Source: Craspedostauros australis
Taxonomy: Eukaryota
Length of the DNA: 51,782 bases
Assembly (NCBI GenBank): GCA_030167865.1
Contig: JALAGF010005169.1
Location: 1-51,782, forward strand
Reading direction: 5' to 3'
Part shown: positions 1 through 11,404 of the stretch, piece after piece
How positions within the stretch are numbered: the first letter of the stretch is position 1
Layout: each line of letters starts with the position of its first letter
Notes under the pieces: model-generated
What the model saw: only the letters and a program-made list of their open reading frames with translations
Databases searched by the model: none
What the model was told of the DNA's origin: nothing
Position numbers and translations under genes: made by a program

Positions 1-217
1 ATCTGTGCAACAAGCAGATGCCTGTGATTCTGTTCTTTTGACATACGGACCTACTCATGGGATGCATTCCATCATTCTACGTTTACCGGTGAATGCTGCC
101 AGTGGAGTGCGGTGATCCCAGTCTTCTTTGTATGACATACTGAATTGTTTCCGCTAGCTACCACAAGCATGGGGGTGTTGGCATCTGTACACATGTACAA
201 TGCAGACGTCATCGACA

Positions 218-267
218 NNNNNNNNNNNNNNNNNNNNNNNNNNNNNNNNNNNNNNNNNNNNNNNNNN
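218..267. other. Assembly gap (50 N); single Ns also at 410 and 419
   Basis: Run of N bases in the sequence; local sequence quality is low. Confidence 0.99.
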
Positions 268-804
268 CAACAAACATCATCACAGCTCCGTAGTCATGAA
301 TCCACCATCAGCACGAAATCATACACACCACACACTCGCGATACTGACAAATTCAGACAACAATTGGACAACACCATGCATTTTGTCGGTAGAAACCATA
401 AAAATATGANTATAGCACNATAATTACACGATTCGGGAAATGGATGAATGATGCAATCAGTCAGAAATCACGTTTTCACGACGCAACCAAAACGACAACA
501 CAAAAAAAATGTGCTTCGAAACGTAAAAACGGAAAAGGAAAATTCACAACACGACCAACGTGACGTGTCGGACAAACCCTTCGGAAGCCCGAAGGCGTCA
601 TCAGAACACAATAACTATGGCACTGCGTGAACCGACCATCATGATTGGTTGGTTGGGTCGTGGCGTTATATCAAAACTCTTATTTGGTGGGAACGCAATG
701 ATGTCTGCGACAGGTCACGAAGATACCGATGTCCACAACACGAGGGGAGTTCTCACGTTTCCTTTCAAACAAATATCGATTGCGTGCTTGTGAACACAAA
801 TAAA

Positions 805-1116
805 ATGTCAAATAGAAAATCGATGTTTCGTGATTTTGTCATTGCGTCGTTCTTTGCATGTTGCATAGTGTTATATTTCGTCTGTGGAACTGGAGGACGG
901 TTTGGAATTACCGAAGAGAGAGTGACGCCACACCAAGAAACGACCTTCCAAACACTCGAACAAGTGAAAGCACACGAACCAACTCTTGCACAGTGTTTCA
1001 ATGATAGAAACGTGGAGGCATTGTGCTGGACAAGCAGTCTAAATGTGGAGATGCTGTCCTCTGTTTTATGGTACGGTTTAATTGGCATCTACATTCATTG
1101 GTACATCAACTATTGA
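805..1116 (+). CDS. Possible short or truncated type II membrane protein (103 aa), perhaps a gene relic
   Basis: ATG at 805 lies in the 649..1116 ORF. Basic N-terminus (MSNRKSMFR) followed by a hydrophobic anchor (FVIASFFACCIVLYFV). Ends early at TGATGA, is AT-richer than neighbouring genes, and has no recognisable domain. Confidence 0.2.
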   Translation: MSNRKSMFRDFVIASFFACCIVLYFVCGTGGRFGITEERVTPHQETTFQTLEQVKAHEPTLAQCFNDRNVEALCWTSSLNVEMLSSVLWYGLIGIYIHWYINY

Positions 1117-2474
1117 TGATACTGCGATGGGTACCGAAGGTCAACAAGGATGCGTCAGACCAGGGTGGGAGGCGACTGGGAAATTGGTCTCCCGCAGCTC
1201 CCAAAGTCGGCCACCACGACACGGTGTCGAACCGATGATAAAATAGATAAGTGGAAATCATTTCACAACGGAGGAATAGAATATTAGATGGAGAAAACTG
1301 CCCAAGGCGACGGCGCTGATAGAAGTCATGTTGCTCGCTCAAATGTGCCAAAGCTTGAGGTTGCGTGCGGAGAAGGCAGAGCAATCACAGCACTCCACGA
1401 GTATGCGTGGCGCATCGCCGGGCAGCCCTGGTGGTCCTGCAAACTGGGCTTGTTGACGCATGGCGGCGATCTCATCGCACATGCCATACAGAAACCCTCC
1501 TTCATCCATGAGGCTGATTTGTCGCATCACTGTTTCCATCGCCCATCACGACGCGCAGAGCACTCGTCGGATGGAGACAATGCAAGAGGGTCGCGTTGTT
1601 CATGACTCGCAGGTCGATGATGCGGCTCCTCCTTGACACTTTTTGCGCCAAAAAAAGAAACTCGTTTTGTTGTTTGAACAGATACCCGGAAATAACCGTT
1701 TGAAGTCGCGATGGGATCGTGATTGAACGAGACACGGGTGCATCCGACGCAAGGCCAGACCGTGGTTGTTGATGACGTGAGACGTGTTGGAGTCACGAGA
1801 TGCGTGTCGTGGATGATACGTCATCAAGGTGTTGACGTGTGCGAAAAGGAAACGATTTTGCGTGTGGAACTTGCGCGCGACGTGGACAAGATGATGAAGA
1901 AGAAAGCACGTTCTGAGCATGGCGGAGTTGTGCGATGCAGCTGTTCGAGGCAGGGTGCAACGCGATGATTGCGAGCAACGCAAGAGGACCAAGAATTGAC
2001 AACATCCACACTCGGTCCATGAGAGGAACAACTGTACTCCACTCTGCAACACTGAACTTGGATGCAACTGTTGACACTGGAGCACCGCCAACAACCACAA
2101 CGACGACGACGACGGCCACATAGTCATAGAAGAAGCACACAGTATCAAGGAGCACCTGCAACACCGCAAGCAAGAAGATCATCGACAGCCATTGCATCTC
2201 GAAAGCCTTCGAATCAGCAATAGCAACAGCATCAGCAACAACCAGGACCTCAAAAGCCCTTGTTCTGAGCAAGCACCACCATCTTGTCCGATCCCCACAG
2301 CAACACTCGCAGAAGCAGGAGAGCATCCCAGACTTCCGCCGTAACAACCTCAGCAGTATCAGCTTCAGCAGCATCACACAGAAGGCTTAGCGCTTCACTC
2401 TCTTACACACCCCAGTTGGCATTGACACGTACCAACTCACTACGGTTATCACCACGATCACCAGCAGTATCAAC

Positions 2475-3768
2475 ATGAACAACGACAACATGAACAACAT
2501 GAACGACCGCTTCGAGGACGACGAGCAGGATCCCAACTTCGGATACCTCCCACCGCAGCACAACCAGCAGCGCGAGCACGGGGAGATCTCGTCCATGGAG
2601 GAGGATGCGGACTCCTACTCCCAGAACGCCGACGACGACCAGCGCTCCGTGCGTGGCGGCAACCGCCTCTTCGCTGGCAGCGTTGTGCGCGAGTCCAACA
2701 ACAACGAGGAGAAGGCCGTGGTCGACGCCACTTCGCCCATGGAGGAGGTCGTCTTCGACTTGAACGGAGACGCCGTCGCTGATGTGGAGAACCCCGTCTT
2801 CGCCAAGCCGCCAGCCAAGAAGACCCCGGAGCCGCCCAGCCGCTCCATCCCCAACGACGATGTCGTCGTGAGCCCCAAGAAGCCAAGCAGCGCACCGCAG
2901 GACAAGGACAGCGGCGCCGGCCTCATGCGCTTTGTCTTCTTCGTCCTCTTCGCTGCCGTCGTGGCCGGCGTCGTCATCTTCGCCACGGACTCCGGCGACG
3001 ACAGCTCCGACAGCAACAGCGGCGACACTCCTACCACCGTCGTCGTCGATCCGGTCTCCGCCTCGGAGGACGACAAGCCCCTCACCAAACCCGACGGCTT
3101 CGACGAAGCCATCCTGCCAACCAAACGCCAGCACTTCGTCCAGATGGTGGTGGAGTCCGGCATCTCCGACAGCCGCGACTTCAACAGCCTCATGACGCCG
3201 CAAGGCAAGGCCGCCTCCTTCATCGCCTACATCGATGCCAACAACGGCCTGTCCAAGGAACTCCCACAGGTCATTGACAACTCCGACAACTTCAAGGGAT
3301 GGATGGACCGTTACGTTCTCATGGTGCTCTACCACAGCACCGGCGGACCATCGCGCTGGACCAACAACAGCAACTTCGGTAACAAGGACGTGCCCACTTG
3401 CCAGTGGTACGGAGTCCAGTGCACCGACGGCGTCGTCACTGGTTTGGATATGAGTAAGTTGCATTATGCATTGTGCTGTTTACTTGTTGCATACTATTAT
3501 ATCTGTCACTCTTCCAACACAACACAACTCACATTCTTCCACAACAGGCAACAACGGCCTCGTCGGCATGCTGCCACACCAAGAGATGACCTACCTCAAG
3601 GTCTCCAACATGGACGTCTCCTCCAACATGGCCCTGCGCGGTGACCTCAGCCTCGCCTGCGAATCCCTTCAGCGTGGCGATGACAACACCGCGTTCCTTT
3701 GGAAGGCGGATTCCTGTGACGACATGGCCGCTGCCAACATGGTCCAGTGTGATTGCTGCGCCTGTTAG
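2475..3768 (+). CDS. Single-pass membrane protein of the diatom LRR (RLP-like) family, 399 aa; exons 2475-3453 and 3548-3768
   Basis: A GTAAGT..CAG intron at 3454-3547 (phase 1) joins the two ORFs into the LRR motif VTGLDMSNNGLVGMLP. Acidic N-terminus, TM segment FVFFVLFAAVVAGVVIFA, LRR N-cap (RYVLMVLYHSTGG..W..CQWYGVQC) and a C-terminal CDCCAC cap. Strong C-ending codon bias. Confidence 0.85.
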
Positions 3769-4082
3769 AGAACCACTACGACACTCTCACTCTACCATAG
3801 GACAATAGATTCGCTCATTTTGATTCTGCTTTCATCATAACACAGGACACGACGATGATGATACTACCACCAATAGATAGCAGCCAACGTTCTAACAATG
3901 TATAAACAGTTCAACGTTGGATAACAAGAGGACAGATGGACACAACGCGATCGTATCCTTGAATGCAAGATGGCATCAGCAAAAGTACGAGTATTGTTCT
4001 ATGCATTATCATCACTTCCTGTGATCTCCATCCTCCTAATTGACCTTCTGCTCGTGTCTCTACCATACTATAAAGACTGTAT

Positions 4083-7000
4083 CTAACAAGAGAAGTTGGC
4101 AACGGCCTTCAGATCCACGCGGTTCACCTTGTCGGCAAAGCGCAGGCTGCACATGCTCTCGCTGTAGTGCGATGGCAGCGGGTTGCAGCACACGATCGCC
4201 AAGGTCTTAGAGTTTCCGCCCAGGCTGTTCTGCAGCAGCCGTGTCAGCTTAGACTCGCGGTACGGAACCTGGGGGCTGCCAGCCTGCAGCTTCTCGATCA
4301 CGTTCGACAGAACGCTCAGGGAAGAGTTGATGTTCTTCGTCTCCTCCAACAGCGCACCTCCCACAACCTCGTTGGCGTTGGACTTGCCCAGCCGCTCGCT
4401 TCCAGCCAGATCGCAGATGTGGAGCTTTCCGGCACGTGTCGCTCCGTTTTGGACCTTCACCACGAAGTGGATGGTGAAGATCATGTGACCGCGAGAACTC
4501 ACGGCGTTCGATGCGGTGGCCTTCACGCATCGCCGCTTCTGGGCATGCTCCAGGATCTTCAGAACCTCGCTCTGGCTCTTCGTTGCGAGGCGGGCGTTGC
4601 CAACGACTTCGCTGGCAGACACCTTCAGCTCGTCCTCCTTCCCGTTCGTCTCAGTCTCCTTGTTCGACAGCAGATCGCGGATCTTCTCGTTGTAAATCTC
4701 AAGGAGCTCCATGGAGATCTCCACCGTCGATGTGCCCTTGGAGTACTGGATGATCTCATCCTTCGACTCGAACAGCCTGTTCACGGCTCTCGTGATCAGA
4801 CCCTCGTTTCCGGGTTCTCCGAGCATGGTGTACGTCTTGCCGCTTCCTGTTTGGCCGTACGCAAAGAGGGTCACGTTGAAACCATCGATGGCGGACTGGA
4901 CCAACGGCTCGGCGGCCTCCCACACGTCCTTCTGGCAGTGCTCCTGGTGGAAGACGCGATCGAATCCGAACTTGTGCGTCTTGCGCCTCTCGCTCAGACC
5001 ACCGCGGTCCTTGCGCGGTGCCGTGACCAGGACGAGGTTCTTGGTCACATCCTCGGCCCCGCCAGACGACACAACTCCAGAAGATCTCGCGACCTTCTTC
5101 GTCGTTCTTTCACGGTCGTAGATGCCGGGGAAGTTGAACGGGGACTCGACCGGTGGGGTCTCCTGATGCTTGCGCTTTCTGCCAGCATGGGAGCCGGAGG
5201 CCGACTTGGCCTGTGCTGCGGCCTGCTCGGCCTCCATCTCAGAACCAAGGGCCGGACGCACGCGTACGAAGACGCGGATATTGCCAGAGAGCTTCATGAC
5301 TTGGTTGTGGAGGCCACGGCGGACCCGATCGCTCTCCCGCAGCTTCATGAACAGTTCGTTCTCGCGGGCATCGAAGCTCTCCAACCGGGCGAACGCGTCG
5401 CTGCGCTCGGTCGATGTGGTTTTCAGCTGCGCCTCCAGCAACTTGACCCTCTCGCGAAGGCTCAGGTTCTCGTTGGACATGTCGGAGATCGTGACGTTGG
5501 TCTTCTCTTGGGTCACCAACGTCTCAGTCTTGAATGCTTCGCCCTGACGGACCCGGTCGGTCGCTCGTTGGAGCTGCTCTTGCAGATGCGCGTTCAAGGT
5601 CTCGGTCCGCTCGAGCTTTGCCAATGCATCCCTCAAGGCCGCCTCGAGCTGAGCAATGCGCTCACCCAAGGACTTCTGCGTACTGCGGAATTCCATGGAG
5701 ATCCCATCCGCCTTGACCTGACGTTCGTCGCATGCGTTCTTGGCATTCTCGAGCTCAAACTCGAGCTTCGAAATCTCCTCGGCCTTCGCCGTGATCTCGT
5801 CTGAGAATTGCTTGTGCGCTAGATCGCTTTTCTCGTTGAGCTGCTGAAAGGTGAGGCGTTCATCGTCACGCTCGGTGATGGCTCTGGCGAGGTCGTCTTT
5901 GAGCTTGGCCATCTCTGTTTCGGATTCCTCGAGCCTCGCCTCGAGCTCCATCGCGTACTCCATCTTCTCCTCAAGATCAGAGTTGGCCTTCCTGAGCTGC
6001 TCTTCGGACTCGGGCAGGAGCTCATTCTCAAGCAAATCGATGGTGTGCTGGTAGTGCTCAGACTGCTCCTCGAAGGCCTCCATCTGCTTCATAAGGCTGC
6101 CCACCTCCTCCTTGACCTTCTCCTTCTCGGCCACGACTTCTTCCGTGACGTGGGACATGCTCTGGGTCTCCTGCTGAATTTGCTCCTGCAGCTGTGCAAC
6201 CATCGCCTTGGCCTCGCGGAGCTTGGTATGCAGGGTCTTGTTCGCAGCCTCGAGCGATGCCATGCTCGCCTTGATGTCTTCATTCTCCTGTTGCAGCTGC
6301 GTCAAACGCTCCTGCATCTTCTTGCGTGCCTCCTCCAGGCACCGTTCCTTGCCAGTCGATTCCAGCCTGGCATTCTCAAGGGATTCCTGGAGCTCTTCCG
6401 TGATCTCCTTCTGCTCTTGCTTTGTGGCTGCCAAAGTCTTTTCAAGTTTGTCGATGGTGCCTTCGAGCTTGGTGTTTTGCACCACGAGGTCTGAAGTGCG
6501 CTCCTTGAGCTCGTTGAGAGACGAGTCGGAGATCACGGTCTTGTTCTTGTTCTGCTCCTGCTGCATGGCCAATATCTGCTGCATCGTCTTGAGGAGATCC
6601 TGGTTGCTCTGGGAGCTGCGGTGCGAACCGTCGGCCATGCTCGCCTTGGCTTCGAGGATGCCCTCGACGGCTGTGCGGATCGACTTGAGCTCGGCCGTGA
6701 GCTCCGTGGCGTTGTTGGTGTTTGTGGTTGCGGATGAGTTCTCGGAGATGTCGCTTGGCGTGTTAGACGCGGAAGATGCCGTAGTGGCAGCGAGGTTGCG
6801 GGGTGTAATCAAGGATTTCACATCGGCGTCCGCATCCGAATCTTCATCGACATCCATTCCATCGTCACCATCGTCGTTGCGCGCATCAGCTGCGCTGTCG
6901 GCATCTGAAAAGTTGCCGCCATTCACATTTGTCATGTCGGCGGAGAACACGAGCAGCTGTCCTCCGTTCTTGCATTTCTGAATGCGTTGAGAACTGCAAT

Positions 7001-7893
7001 GTTGACGGTGTATCACAAGTACGTTGCGGAGTTTGACGGAAATTGAAGAATGAAGCATGATATGTTGCGAAGGAGAGTCGAGCAACGGCATTTGTGTGAG
7101 CATGGGAGGTGAGTGGATGAATGGCCAGAACAATGACGCGGCAAAAGGTGCCGTGGGGGACACAAGCTGGTCCTCAGATATAGGTGGTGCCATCGCAAAT
7201 GCGATGTTTCATGGCAATCGACACTTTTCGATGCACTTACCGTTCTCTCTCCTTTCGCGCAATCTCATCCCTCTCTCTGCGGGCATTCTCACGCTGGTTC
7301 GGCGGCGAGAACATCATGAGGCCGCAGCCGCCACCAGATGGCTGCGTCGTATTCATGCGCTTCTTGCGTGCCGATCGTGTCAAAGGTGGCGTTGTGACGA
7401 CCTTGCCAGATGCCTTGCGCTCTTCCAGAATCTTCCAGTAGGGGGTTGGCGACTGCATGACGCCCTCGCTGTTGTCGGCGGCATTTTCTTTGTCCCGGTC
7501 AGAAACTCGCGGTGGCGTGGAAGGTGCATGTTGCATGACTTCAGGCTTCTCAGCTGGCTTGAGACTGCTGGAGCTCGATTGGCGCTTGAGACGGTTGCTG
7601 TTGCGGCGTCGTGCGATGTTGGCATGGTTGATGTTGGTGGCGCTCGACACGGAGTGCGGCAAGGACATCTCTGGCTTCCTTGGCTTCTGCGATGTCGGAG
7701 ACATCAGATCCAACTCTGCAGCGCCGGAGGAGCTGGTGCGTCTGATGCTTGGGCGCTTACCTCGTGCGCTGTCCTTGCCAATGTTTGCTTTGCCATTGTT
7801 AGTTCGGTTGGACAGCGGCACAGGTGGGGTCGCGGCAGAGATACTTCCGGATCTGCTGGATCTCGTCGCTCTGGCGGAGGATGCTCTCGGCAT
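4083..7893 (-). CDS. Kinesin-14 (C-terminal motor, KIFC1/Kar3/Ncd-like), about 1187 aa; exons 7893-7241 and 6993-4083
   Basis: Neck LSGNIRVFVRVRP, P-loop GQTGSGKT, switch I NAVSSRGH, switch II DLAGSE, and PYRESKLTRLLQNSLGGNSKT, preceded by a long coiled coil. The upstream 7237..8175 ORF has GCCACCATG at 7893 and a GTAAGT donor at 7240. This joins in phase 2 to a TGCAG acceptor at 6994, giving 3564 nt in frame. The motor call is firm; the exon-1 link is inferred. Confidence 0.9.
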
Positions 7894-8478
7894 GGTGGCG
7901 TACGTACGAGCAACAGTGTTCTTCTGCTTGGTGCTGCTTGTGTTGTTGTTGTCGCCGTTGTTATTGTTGTGCAGCGTTCGTTGTGAGGAGTTATGAGTGT
8001 GGCTGGTTGGTGATTGTGAGCTCCCAGTGATTTGTGGCTTGAAGTGTCGGTACAATCGCTTGGTTCGGCGCGGTTGTGTCCTTTTGTGATCTTGGCGGCG
8101 TCGCCAGCGTCGGCCTCGTTGGTGGAAACGGCATTTGTATTGTGTCATGTTGTGAGTTTGGTTGCGGACCTGCAAAACGTCACAAAATCAAATTCAAAAC
8201 TGTGGCAGAATAACGGAAAATACCATGCTGAGGAATTAACGTGGTACTCCAATGAGATACCATACTCACAGTACATTGTATGGTAGAGAGGCGAAGCCAG
8301 CGCTCGTCCTGAGTGCAACGGCTGCTTCATCATCAAAAGACTTGGTTGTGGAGCATGTGACAGCCGTAATGGACAAGCCGTTCGTTGATTCAGTGCAATA
8401 TGCTCTAATGCTCTACTTCCCATGTGGGGACGAGGGTGAACCTGATGAAGTCACTGTTGGCTGGGTATTGGGTGATCT

Positions 8479-10581
8479 TCAAATCTCCGTGATGAGAGAT
8501 GATTTGACCTGCTTGGTTTCAGCGCCGCTGTTGCCGTCATCCTCAGCAATAAGATTGTCGGAAACTAGAGAGTTGCTGGGAACTTCATGATTCTGCGTCG
8601 CCACGATGTTCAAGATGCCGCCGCCATGATTGCCTTGTTGAATCATGTCATCTAAAAGAACGGATGAAATCGCCGAGGGCGGTGCGAGAATTGCTTGGCT
8701 TGGCACGCTCTCATCTTGCATGGCGGCACCCTGACGCTGATCGTCAGCGTTGGTATCGTCACCTTCACCGTCATCAGCATCGTCGCCGTCTTCATCGCTT
8801 TCATCAGTTCCAGATGCAGAGTCATCGCTGCTGTCTCCACTATTGTCATCATCGTCGTTGTCACCCATAACCATGCGTTCGTACCGGATCAGGTCCAGCC
8901 CGACTCCCTCCTTGAGAGTCGGCTGACGAATCAAGTGCTGGATTTCGTGGATGAATGGCAGCAAGGACTGCTCGACGTCACCGATGCGTTGGATCCATGC
9001 GAGGTACGGGTCGACGAAGAGCTTGTTGCCAAGGTAGTAGAACTCGCTCTTTTGGAGGATGCGTCGGCATTGCAGCAGGCTTCGTAGGATGGCGTACCGG
9101 CCTGATGTCAAGATCCGCAGCACCTGCTCCCAAACGTGAATGCTGAAATCGAAACTTCGAATGTAAGGATAGATCAGCTGGCGGCGCAGGGACGTGAGTA
9201 CGACGTGGCCAACGTCCGTGTTGTCCTCCAACCAACTCAGCGTCGATGACAACGTCGATATGGTCCATGCCGATTCGACGGTGGGATCTCCCTGCGTAAT
9301 CAAGTGGTCGTACACGTACGCGGCCAGAATATCGATGAGGCCGCACCACAGCGTGGCCATCTGTGCTGATGCATCGTTGTCGCTTTCGCCAGCATCACTG
9401 ATGCTCATGCTCATGCTGCTGGTGTTGTTGTTGCTGTGGCTGCCGGTGTCCGGAGATGAAGTTGCGAAAACCGAGTCTGGAAGCAGCGGATACGGGACTG
9501 TCGAAAGCAGGAGCCGCTCATCGTCTGTGAAATATGCGGTGGGTGGATGCATCAGCGTACGAGGATTCGGCTTGTTATCTTGCTGTTTGTTGTCGAGAGA
9601 CAATTTGGCGACCGCGGACGCCAACCCATCTTGCTCCTTGTCTTCGTCTTCGAATTGGGCGGATCCATCGGTCATGCCATTGCTATCAACTTCGTCTTCA
9701 TCTACTTTGCTCTTTGCTTCTGCAACTGCAGTGGCAGTTGCATGAGAACCTGCTGCAAGCTCTGGCTGCTCTTGCTTTTGGTGTTGCTGCCAATGCGGCT
9801 TCATGGACATTGCCAGTTGGTGCACGTAGTCACCAGGATGCAGATCATTGCTGGAGGCGCGATCTGAAGAGAGCTCCAAATCACCAACATACCGCTCCGG
9901 ATCGAAATCGTCCCACTCACGGTCGATGCGCAGCTGATATCTCTCGCTCTGCGACAACGCGGCATCATCCGGATTCGGCGCTTGCAGCATCTCCTGCGCG
10001 ATGCCCTCACGTGCAAAGTCGGAAAAGATGCTGTGGAACATGTTGGCGAATCCGTAGGTCCGTCTGTCCTTTGGGATCATCGTCTGTTCTGGTTGATTTG
10101 AACTGCTCGTCGTATCCGTGGGAGCATGCATCGTCTCATCGTTGTCATCGTTCTTGGCATCAGCATTGCCATTGGCCACTTCGATAGAAACACCGCTGCC
10201 GCCTTGATTGAGCACCTCCTGAAGCCATCTCGGGTTGGTGGTGCTTCGATGCTTGGGTTGCAGCAGACGCGCCACAAGATCCAGCTGCGACCAGTACTCG
10301 CCAGGCACGTCCTTGGGCAGCGCGATGGTGATGGTGGACTTTGCCGGATCGAACTTGCCCGCCAAGCTCCCATCTTCCGAGATGCCCGGCCGGAACCGTC
10401 GTTCCTTATCCGAAAAGTTGAGCTTGAGGAGGTAGGGCGACGCGTAGAAGTGCAGGATGCATTCCTGTTCCTCCAGCAGCACTTCCACCGTGTCATCCGA
10501 AACTCGGATGTTCGGAACGTGGATCGTCACGATGACATCGTCCGATGTCTGCGAGATGTCGAAGCGCGGTGTGATGGGCAT
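8479..10581 (-). CDS. SHQ1: H/ACA snoRNP assembly factor SHQ1, 700 aa
   Basis: N-terminal CS domain (MPITPRFDISQ..HFYASPYLLKL) and SHQ1-domain motifs YGFANMF, FDPERY, GLIDILAAYVYD..GDPTVESAWTI..LSSTLSWLE and RRQLIYPYIR. Acidic C-terminal tail. Confidence 0.93.
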   Translation of the reverse strand: MPITPRFDISQTSDDVIVTIHVPNIRVSDDTVEVLLEEQECILHFYASPYLLKLNFSDKERRFRPGISEDGSLAGKFDPAKSTITIALPKDVPGEYWSQLDLVARLLQPKHRSTTNPRWLQEVLNQGGSGVSIEVANGNADAKNDDNDETMHAPTDTTSSSNQPEQTMIPKDRRTYGFANMFHSIFSDFAREGIAQEMLQAPNPDDAALSQSERYQLRIDREWDDFDPERYVGDLELSSDRASSNDLHPGDYVHQLAMSMKPHWQQHQKQEQPELAAGSHATATAVAEAKSKVDEDEVDSNGMTDGSAQFEDEDKEQDGLASAVAKLSLDNKQQDNKPNPRTLMHPPTAYFTDDERLLLSTVPYPLLPDSVFATSSPDTGSHSNNNTSSMSMSISDAGESDNDASAQMATLWCGLIDILAAYVYDHLITQGDPTVESAWTISTLSSTLSWLEDNTDVGHVVLTSLRRQLIYPYIRSFDFSIHVWEQVLRILTSGRYAILRSLLQCRRILQKSEFYYLGNKLFVDPYLAWIQRIGDVEQSLLPFIHEIQHLIRQPTLKEGVGLDLIRYERMVMGDNDDDDNSGDSSDDSASGTDESDEDGDDADDGEGDDTNADDQRQGAAMQDESVPSQAILAPPSAISSVLLDDMIQQGNHGGGILNIVATQNHEVPSNSLVSDNLIAEDDGNSGAETKQVKSSLITEI

Positions 10582-10620
10582 TCTTCAATGTAAAAATAAT
10601 AGAATAGAATAGTATTCAAC

Positions 10621-10650
10621 ACTACTCAGCACTACTCAGCACTACTCATC
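10621..10650. repeat. Three tandem 10-bp units (ACTACTCAGC x2, ACTACTCATC) about 40 bp upstream of the SHQ1 ATG
   Basis: Seen directly in the sequence. Confidence 0.8.
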
Positions 10651-11404
10651 ACTGTTCAGCGCGTTGCGATTGTTGCAGCATGAACAAGTCTCTTGGATGT
10701 CGATGGTGTTGGATCCAGTTGGATTGTTGCGGGTGTTGTTTGGATTGTGTGGTATCCTTGGACTTTGGTTGTTGTTGCCATCACAAGGAAGCGAAAAACA
10801 TGTCTGGTTTTGTGGTGAATCTCAAACTCGCATTTCTGTCTGTCCATCCATACGTGCGTAGTCTGTGCAGGATACTGAGTCACGAGTATGACAAGCCTGA
10901 CCTGCGTTGAGTCACGAAGAGCGGAAACCAATTTCGTCCCGACTCAACGCATCATTTCTGCTGCTGCCGACGAGGAGGAACGATGAGACAGACACGCAGG
11001 AAGGAGGCGCAGCCGAAACAATGCGGATCTGTTCCCGAGTTTGGGAGAAGGACTCGAACCACAGATCGCACTTGTGCAGACCAACAGCGATCGTGGCAAA
11101 GCAGCAGCCCATCGCTCCGCCCTGCCATACCAAGCAGTACACACGAGTACTCGACCACACACAACCACACACAACCACACTCAGCTCCAATCTGGTCTGG
11201 TCCATTCGACTACGACTATACATGCGAGCATCGACCGTGGATCGTGATTGTCTCGTGAAGGGGATCGCATTGGACCGTGTTGGAGCCAAAGTCTTCTTCG
11301 CCTAGCAATACTGCTGTCATTGCTGGTCACATCAGGGCAAGCCACAGCGCAGCCGTCCCGCAATAGCGTTGAAGCAACATAACGCAAAGGAAGGGAAAGG
11401 AAAG

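Noticed and set aside
1600..2470. Minus-strand ORFs 1600-2169 and 1793-2377
   Set aside because: V/L/C-rich translations are typical of the reverse complement of a CA-rich 5' leader, here that of the LRR gene.
4167..5804. 545-aa plus-strand ORF, and similar long antisense ORFs (2403-3464, 30983-31774, 36835-37929, 47404-48222, 48865-49701)
   Set aside because: These are antisense shadows of real genes. Strong C/G-ending codon bias and repeats suppress stops on the opposite strand, and no domains are recognisable.
6994..7193. N-terminal extension of the 1036-aa kinesin ORF given in the track
   Set aside because: It lies inside the predicted intron 7240-6994; the better start is GCCACCATG at 7893.
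8252..8590. 112-aa plus-strand ORF overlapping the SHQ1 3' end
   Set aside because: It is antisense to SHQ1 and its 3' UTR, has no domain, and has no supporting gene structure.
11144..11153. CGAGTACTCG palindrome upstream of EXO84, also at 43857-43866, with a permuted form at 29075-29086
   Set aside because: One repeated palindromic 10-mer is about what chance gives in 52 kb, and the positions relative to the ATG are inconsistent.
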